NCBI GenBank assembly: GCA_964016885.1 | Contig: OZ024745.1 | Location: 100,440,001-100,504,000 of the forward strand | Length of the DNA: 64,000 nt | Direction: 5' to 3' | Source: Eledone cirrhosa | Taxonomy: Eukaryota | Shown: positions 55,925 to 64,000 of the stretch, one piece after another | Layout of the letters: each line of letters starts with the position of its first letter | Numbering within the stretch: the first letter of the stretch is position 1 | Notes under the pieces: model-generated | Databases searched by the model: none | The model's input: only the letters and a program-made list of their open reading frames with translations | Told to the model about the DNA's origin: nothing | Position numbers and translations under genes: made by a program

Positions 55925-56109
55925 GAAGACCCCGACGGCAGAGCTCAAGCCGTTTCGACGGCTATTTCTGAGTCCAGAAATAGCCATCGAAACGGCTTGA
56001 GCTCTGCCGTCGGGGTCTTGAAAAATGTCCTATTACCCACTCTACTACCCTAAGTACTAAGTACTCTGGTGCGTTATGGTCCACCTGGTTTCTTACCACA
56101 CTTCCTTCG

Positions 56110-56110
<1 letters not shown>
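55925..56110 (+). mobile_element. Family C element with 5' fold-back, ending at (TA)n
   Basis: Palindrome 55925-56020 centred on GGCTATTTCTG agtc CAGAAATAGCC; tail as in 25320-25400. Confidence 0.82.
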
Positions 56111-56164
<54 letters not shown>

Positions 56165-56171
<7 letters not shown>

Positions 56172-57983
56172 ATACTTGGGGAGGGTCATATTTGTGTAAT
56201 ATTGCCAGAATTAATAACAGAACACACTCACTGTTTGGTTGGTTTTCGCTTCTCGCTGTCTTTTATATCGGTAATCTAACTTACTCGGTCCTCAATCTTG
56301 CCATTGACTGACCGGCGGTCAAAAATAATACAGATACAATATAGACACAAACACATATATATAGTTTATCATAAATCTTTCGTTGCACATCTGCAACATC
56401 GTCAGTGGTGTTATATTTTCCTCCTGTTGTGTTGTATGTCTACGCCATTTTTATTCAGTCTGTCTATATATTTATTTATTTATTTGCTTGTTTGTTTATT
56501 TTATTTTGTCTTCTTTGCGCATGCGTTTGCGTGTGTGTATAGTGTTATGTTTGCTGTGTGATGGGTGACTAGTGTGTGTTTATGTGTTTGTTATTATTGT
56601 GCTTGTGTATGTATTTATTTATTTATTTATCTTATTTTATTTACTTATTTATACTTCTCTTAGGTCAGTGTTGTTTGTTTGGGTGTTGTTGTTATTCCAT
56701 TCATTCTTTCTGTTTAGCTTTGGTCTTCTAATTTCTATTTCACTGGCCTCTCTGATTTGCCTATCTGCTGGGTCATTTCTATGTTTAGATATTATTCTAA
56801 TTTCTATGTTGTCTATGTTACCGTCATGTTGTTGTCTAGCATGTTCGTATAGTACTGACCCGTTTTTTCGTCCTTTTAGTTCCCCCCAGTGTTGGTCTAT
56901 CCTTTCACCTATGCTACGAGCTGTCTCACCTATGTATGTTGTTGTCATGTTTCTGCAAGTACCCTCTGTACATCTTATGCTATAGACTACGTTTCTAGTT
57001 TTACAGTTTATCCGGGGGTTCACCTTACATATGATACATTTCCTATTGGTACAGTGGGTTTTCTTAAAAGGGTGGTTCCTGGCTTTTCTACCACCTTTAT
57101 TTTTAAGTGGGTCTTTCTCAAACATGACACTCTGGTATCTCTGGTTGTCGTACCATGAGGTGGCTTTCCCTATCTTATGTCTAGCCCTATCTAAGCTATT
57201 CCATGATTTGCTCCTGTATAATGGGCAAATTCCTTTCATGTCCAGTTCTATTAGGGTCTTATACTTTTCCATGGCTCCTTCGTATACTCTGACTCTGTCT
57301 CTTTGTTTGTAGCCAGAGAACTGCATGCGGTTGATGAAGTGTTGGATGTGTCTTTCCATTTCTGTTGGGTCGCACATGCGGGACACATTCTTCATCACTC
57401 GTACCAAATCTGCGATCAGAATATTAAACTTAGCACTACTGGACATTGCTGAGTTTTTGAGTATCAGGTATTTGGAGGCCACGGGTTTAGCATAGTGTGA
57501 GTGGAGAATTTGGGCTCTCTCGTCTATAGTGTTAATCCAGAGTTCTGTGTCTAATACAGGTAGTCTATTGTTAGGGTGTTTGGAAGGGAAGTCGATAGTT
57601 ACAGTTATACTCTGGTGTATGGAATTAGCTATCTGCTGGATGCTTTCCATCGTGCTACGTTCTAAATCAAACTTGTTAGTGCTCTCTAGTGGGGGTGTTC
57701 TTATAACTATATTGATATCGTCTACATAACGAGAGTACATGATGAGGTCTATGGAGCTTTCATTAAGGAGATCTTTAAGTCTCCTTTCCCACCATACCAT
57801 GAAAAGGTTGGCAACGCCAGCTATGCTGACGCCGATGGCTGCTCCCTCATTTTGGGTGTAGATTTTCTCATTGAATTTAAATATGTGGCCCTTTAGTGTA
57901 GTTTTGATACTAGCCCCTATTGCATGTGCGACCATTTTTCTTACCTGCTCATTGTTTTGGGGGGTCCGTATAGCTTTGGTCCA

Positions 57984-57988
<5 letters not shown>
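56165..57988 (-). mobile_element. 5'-truncated Penelope-like retroelement (RT + GIY-YIG + pLTR) between two (TA)n tracts
   Basis: ORF 56649-57935: YTQNEGAAIG, ANLFM, YSRYVDD, LPVLD, then CTNRKCIIC, NVVYSIRC and YIGETARS. pLTR at 56165-56450. Confidence 0.93.
56368..56409 (-). ncRNA. Minimal hammerhead in the PLE 3' pLTR
   Basis: Minus strand: ACCA CUGACGA uGUUGCA gaug UGCAAC GAAA GAUU UA UGAU. Stem I has one mismatch. Confidence 0.7.
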
Positions 57989-58044
<56 letters not shown>

Positions 58045-58049
<5 letters not shown>

Positions 58050-58320
58050 TTAATATAGATGAGATTCTACAGGACTAGAACTGTTTCATTCTTCAGAAAT
58101 AATCAGGAATCTGGGTATCAAAAAATAATTATGGTATATATAGGTCTCTACAAGTGGTAGGAGAGGGTGGGGAGTGGGATGGGTGTAGGTCATTGGTTGA
58201 CAGAATTCATTAGAAGCTAATTCTACAAGGCTATAGTTTATTTTTATTTTTAGAGTAACAAAGGCAGAAATAATTCTATAAACAGGTTCAGGATGGCCTG
58301 CCAATCCTTATTAAATATTT
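58045..58320 (-). mobile_element. Family A pLTR-like element (hammerhead 58062-58112, core mutated to CUGAUUA)
   Basis: Reverse complement matches 41655-41770; abuts (TA)n. Confidence 0.8.
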
Positions 58321-58445
58321 TATTGTTAACTGTATATAAGTGAACATACATAGTTTTCTGAAAAGGACACTCAAAAAGATTGGGGCCTTGAGCCCAAAAT
58401 TTAAACTTTTATAATTATCAAACAAAAAAATTTCTTTGAAAAATC

Positions 58446-60391
58446 ATGGCCGACTCACAGCTGAACCCAGTAGCTGAGAGCCTTCCTCACAAACTAACAC
58501 CTCACACCGATACCACCATTGTAAATATTACTACGTTTGCCAACACTAAAAATATAAGCAGTAGCAATATTTTAAATTTGTCTCAGGCAGACATTCATTT
58601 CCCGCAATTACCAATGACTGCAGGTGTTGAAGCCGCCACCGCTACCACCACCACAGCGACAACACAAAACAAAAAAAAAAAAAAATTATTTCGTGATATC
58701 GAAACGAATTCAGCAAAAATGATCTCTTCCACACCGAACACCCCTGACGCCACCACCACCACAACTGAAACTAATATTAACAATAACAAAAATAACGATA
58801 ACAACAACAGCAGCAATGAGAATAAGAAAACCCTGTTTTTGCCAGAGTAGCAAAAACGTGCGAAGCATTCCAGGTAACTCAGGAGGAATTAGAAGAAGCC
58901 AAAAAAAATGGTAAAGAAAGATGGGTACAGGGTCAGCCTCACCCCCACCCCCACCCCACCTAATAAAATGGACCATCGGCGCCTATGCACCGTGTCTTAT
59001 CGGACGATTAACATAAAATCGCGCCGAGTGGAACGGGCATCCGAGTCCCAAATCCCAAAAGCTTTGGGACATGTGTGGGCAAAAAAACCCCACATCAGAC
59101 GTGGGCAGAAATATGGAACCGTGGACGTGTTCTTTGAAACATCACAGGAGGCCAGAGAACACTCCATGGCCCCATTAAGAAGTGACAACTTTACACTCAT
59201 CCCAAGCGATTGTGGCCAGAGACTCGTGAAGATCAGGGTGATCCACGTTCCACCGGCCATCGAAATTCCCTGGCTAATGGCTGCCGTCCTCGTCGGCATC
59301 GAAGCCAACACCAAGATAATTGAAATAGCGAAAGAAAAGTAGGAGAACTGGTTCGGATCTGGGATGGAGCTCTTGATCCAAGCGGACCAAAAAAGCATTG
59401 AGGAGATCCCAGAGGTAATAGACCTCACTGTCGGCAGCCACCTCACCGTAATCGTCGAAGGCAGAATGCCTAGGTGTGTCGTTTGTGGTGAAGGAACCCA
59501 CCTAAGGGATTTCTGCCCTCAGGCTAAAAGGTTGAGGCCACTTCTCTTACCCACCCCAGTGACTCAACCATCAACACCGCCAGCAGCAGAAATGGCAGCA
59601 ACAACAGAAGCAACTGTAACAGCAACAACCCCAGCAACAGTAGCAAAACCAACACCACCACCACCCAACGCGCCAGAACCAGAACCAGCGCCTACACCAT
59701 CCACCACGCCACAACCAAAACCAAAGCCTGTGGAGGATTTTCCACTCCCCGACCTATCACAACTGGAGACAGATTGTGACGACGAGGAGTGGGAAACGGT
59801 ATCAGAAAAAAAGAAAAAAAGAAAAAAGAAAAAGAAACCAAAAAAAGAAAAAATCCCCTTCCTTCCCCCTCCAAAAACAAAATACAGAGGGAAACAAATA
59901 AACTATCAAACCAAAAAGTTAGGACAGCTATGCCACCATCTACACCAGCATCACCAATCCCATCACCACAAACACCAACACCATCACCATCATTAACCCC
60001 AACACCACCATCACCAACACCACAAAAGTCACCAAAAAGCGAAACAGAAACAAACCCACAACAAACGCAAACAAAACAAAACAACCAAAACGATACACAC
60101 TACACAGCAATAAATTTGAACAACAACCAATTATTACACTACATCCAACACAACACCAGCATCACAGAAAAAGACTACACAACAATCCAAAAGTTCACAC
60201 CACCTCCACACATACAAATCACTCACATCACACAGAAAACGTATACAACACTAACACAAAAATTCCCCAAAGCCATCGGAGACTTCCAACAAGCACTCTT
60301 CAGGAGGATTTATAAGGACATCCTTCCGGAGGAGGCCAGAATCAGTGAAAAGGATGGAGAAACCATCCTTCCTCTACGAGAAGTAAGGTAA
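58446..60391 (+). pseudogene. LINE ORF1 (CCHC knuckle, Pro/Lys-rich), broken by stops and frameshifts
   Basis: Consecutive ORFs at 58446, 58908, 59364 and 59789. VEGRMPRCVVC parallels VEGRQPSCYHC of the other copy. Confidence 0.8.
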
Positions 60392-60425
60392 GTGGTCTTT
60401 CCCATCTTTTCCACTCCATTTCAAA

Positions 60426-63400
60426 ATGACCTCACTCAGAATAGGCAGCATAAATGCGCGTGGCTTGGGGTCGTCATGGAAGCAGGGCCACCTGCTCAAC
60501 GACATAGATGTAGTGGCCATTAGCGAGACCAAAATCTCCGAAGCACGGGCCTTCGCACCGATCTTTGGCGGCTACGATGTGTACGCATCTCCCGTCCGTC
60601 CTGGATCGGGGGGGGGGAGGAGTTGCTGTTCTTTTTCGGAGAGGTTTGGATCTCGCCATACGGGCCATCTTCCTGGACCCAGAGGGTAAGTTGGTGGTGC
60701 TGGACGTGACCAGTGGAGACGGGAAAACTTTCAGGCTAGTGGCCGTCTATGCCCCGACAGGAGCAGGGCAGCCTGATTTCTTCCGGCGTCTGGAGACCTT
60801 TCTTGGAACGTCCCGCTCTTTAGTGTTAGTGGGCGACTGGAACGGGATCTTAGATGCACGCTGGGACTGTGTGGGATTAGCGGATAGAGGAGGAGGGTGC
60901 AAGAGCCTCATCAACCTGCTCAGGCGTTTTGAACTGTCAGGTACCGATTGGATTTCCCGAATGTGCCAATGTGGACATAGGGTCATCCAGATCATATCTA
61001 GATAGAGTATTTTGTAGGGAAATAGATAGGTCTAGCATAGGCTGTCCACAATTCAAGATAGTCAGCTACACGGACCACAAATTCGTGATCTGTGTGCTTG
61101 TCTTAGATAAGCTTCATAGACGAGGACCCGGCTACTGGAAGCTAAACGCGTCCTTACCAGTGCACAAGGCCTACAGAGACCGGATTAGCGAACTAGTTAA
61201 GCGGGCGTTGACGGGGACCATCATCATCAACAAGTGGTGGTTTGCTCTGAAAAGAGCGATTAGAATAGAGTCCATTAGCTTTAGTAAGGCTTTAGCAATA
61301 GAGAAAAATAGAGCAGAGGGAGAACTAGTTAGAAAATTAGACGAGGCGCTTAGCAAAGGCATCGCGACCGACGCACTTGCGGCGAAATTGGCCCTTGACC
61401 AATTCTTCAATGCAAAGCACGAAGGCTGCGTTGTCAGAGATAGGGTGCGTGCTCTCAGACACGATGGGACGAAAGCCGTTCAATGGGCCCGAGTGGTGGA
61501 GGCGCGTCGTGGCAAGAAAGCCAGATCTGGTCTTTGCTGGACCACGACGGGCGCATGTTACTCGATCCCGGGAAAATGTGCGAAAATTTTCAGCGACACT
61601 TCGCACAGCTGTTCGGGGGCAGCGGCGGGTCTGATAGAGGGATGGACTTTAGTCTCTACCTCGACGGACTGCCGCGGCTCTCGGCCACTGAGGCGGAGTG
61701 TTGCGAAAAGCCGATAACAGCCGCTGAAGTACGGGAGGCAATGACTGGCTGCACAAGGGGTAAATCGCCTGGTTTGGATGGTCTGCCCTATGAACTTTAC
61801 GTACAGATGCCAGACTTGTTAGGAGGCCTCTTGGTGGACGTCTACTGCAACTGGCAAAGAACGGGAGAATTCCCAGCTCTGTGAGCCGAGGAGCTGTGAC
61901 GCTGCTGAGAAAGGATCCGAACAAGGGGGATAACATAGATAATTTTAGGCCCATAACTCTGTTAAACACAGAGTTCAAGATTTTGGCCAAGGTGCTAGCA
62001 AAGAAGTTGGCGCTTGTCGTTGGTGGTCTGGTGGGAGAGGCGCAGACATGCACCATTCCCGACAGATCCATCCACGACAACCTCCACCTCATGCGATACA
62101 TCGTAGAGAGGGTAGCTAGGGAACCTGGCACGGGTGGGTCTTTGATCAGATCAATTTAGATCATCCGAAAGCTTTCGATAGGGTCGCCCATCGTTACCTA
62201 GCGGCAGTCCTGAGACCGGCTCGCTTTGGGCCCGTCTTCAGAGGCTGGATCGCTGCCATGCACAGCGACATCTGCTCTGTGGTGAGAGTGAACGGTCACC
62301 TTTCGGAACCGTTCAACATCATGCGCTCGGTCCGCCAAGGATGTCCCCTCTCGTCCCTCTTGTACGTATTGACTCTCGAGCCATTACTGCACAAACTGGA
62401 GACGTTGAGAGGGGTCCCGCGCGAACTAGGATGCGGAAGATCCGTGTCAGCATATGCGGACGATGTCACCGTAGTGGTGTCGAACGCCAAACACATCGAG
62501 GCGATCGGCACTACACTAAGAGAATACGAAGCGGTGACAGGAGCAATGATCAACCAGGAAAAGTCAGTGGGCCTGCAGCTCGGCACCTGGAGAGGCAGGT
62601 CCATGCCGTCTAACAGCGTCGTCGGGCGCTGGACGGACGGACCGGTTAAATTGCTAGGGGTCTGGTTCGGTCCGGACCTCCAGACTGACAAAAACTGGGA
62701 CGAGGTGACGAGCAGGGTGGCTTCTCTCACTCAGAAATGGGCCGAGAGGAAACTATCCCTGAAAGGTCTAGCGGAGGTGGCTAATGGGTACATCGCGTCC
62801 GTCATCTACTACCGCCTGACCGTCGTACCTTGTCCTAATCCCCGCCTGACTGCGCTGGAGCGTTTGCTCTTTCGCTTTTTGATGAAGGGACGTGCTCCGA
62901 TGGTCAGGCGGTGCATCTGATGTCAACACCCGCTACGTGGAGGGCTGGGCATGCCGTGGCTGATGATGCGCAGACACGCACTCAGGCTACGACATCTCCA
63001 CCTCTTCCTCGACGGTGATCAGGTGTGGTCGCCGTTTGCTAGACGCGTCTTTCCCCAGCTCGTCTCCTTGACGGAGCTGCAGTCCTGGGTCAAGCGAAGA
63101 CCGAGAGGGAGCGCTTGGAGTCTGGAATGTCTTCAGGCGCTCGACCAATCGGGCAATGTGATCGGTGGAAACTCCACCTTGGCGTTCTATAGAGGATTAG
63201 TGGAGGGGAAGAGCGACGACGTACTTGGGGAAAATCTAGGCGTCGACGAAAATCAACTAGCCAATCTCTTCGGAAGAACTTTCGGGCCGGGGCCTATGGA
63301 CAACTTCCACAAATCCCTGGCCTGGCAGTGCTACCGAGGAGCTTTGCCAGTTCGGGATAAACTCTACAGGCATGGAGGTGCCGTCAGCCGGGCATGTCCG

Positions 63401-63811
63401 AGATGCGCGCAGGGCGACGAAACCGTCCTGCACGCACTCGTCCAGTGTCCGAGCATTGCTGACTTGTGGGTTTATGTCGAACACCTGCTGTCGCGTATAG
63501 GACGGATCCAGCTATCAGCTGAGTCCATCGTGAGGATTGCCCCGCCCTCTTCCTTTAGCCGGGAAGGGCAGGCAGTTTTTATCTTTCTGGTGGCCATGGC
63601 GGAAGAGATAGCATGGTGGACAAGTTTGAAAGGGCTGAAGACGAGCACTTACCTCTTCGGTGATGCCCTGATTAACTTTTTCAAATTTCATTTGAAAAGG
63701 AAAATCAGGGTAGAGAGGGAAGTGCTCTCTTCCAGGCATTTTGTTGAAAGATGGGTGAGAGAGGCAAGAATGGCCCGAGTGAATGGGCCTACTCTGAGTA
63801 TGTGTCTGTAA
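60426..63811 (+). pseudogene. LINE ORF2 (APE endonuclease, RT, zf-RVT), frameshifted
   Basis: SINARGL, VAVYAP, VGDWN, SYLDR, TDH, GPGYWKLN, KSPGLDGLP, FRPITLLN, KAFDRV, SVRQGCPLS, YADD and CPRC..HALVQC. Confidence 0.95.
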
Positions 63812-64000
63812 ATTAAAGGTAGAAAACTGGGAGAGGGCACTTGCCCTGGTGGTCAGGGTCACTGTGGCTTTTTAATGGGCTTTCTCCACGAATGCCCCTC
63901 GGAATTCTCCCCCATATTGGGGAATTTTTTCATTGTTCTATTATTATATCATCTGTTTTTTGTTTTTTTACACGCAGAAATGCCCTTTTGTACCATCCAG

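Larger units (their letters stand above)
58360..64000 (+). mobile_element. Near-full-length Tx1/L1-clade LINE, decayed
   Basis: ORF1 pieces 58446-60391 (CVVCGEGTHLRDFC) and ORF2 pieces 60426-63811. The 3' UTR runs to the window edge; the 5' boundary is approximate. Confidence 0.93.

Overview
Eukaryotic, AT-rich, repeat-saturated window with no recognisable intact host gene. The tRNA-derived SINE and the extreme (TA)n/(CA)n load resemble an octopus-type cephalopod genome (inference). Most ORF-track entries are translations of microsatellites. The real content is transposon-derived: two Tx1/L1-clade LINEs (a near-full-length copy at 58.4-64 kb and an internally deleted copy at 13.0-16.4 kb), Penelope-like (PLE) RT/GIY-YIG fragments, RTE-like and CRE-like LINE fragments, a Tigger, a pogo/Tc2-like element carrying a 24-bp minisatellite, non-autonomous Helitrons (one head-to-tail pair), hAT-type MITEs and many SINE copies. 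The most striking feature is more than a dozen type I hammerhead ribozyme motifs (CUGANGA...GAAA...UH) in about ten unrelated sequence families. Nearly all have a palindromic stem III and sit in short PLE pLTR/retrozyme-like segments abutting (TA)n tracts. They coincide with about 18 long inverted repeats, several of which fold back inside or immediately upstream of the ribozyme. All structures were read by eye; no folding, alignment or database search was run.
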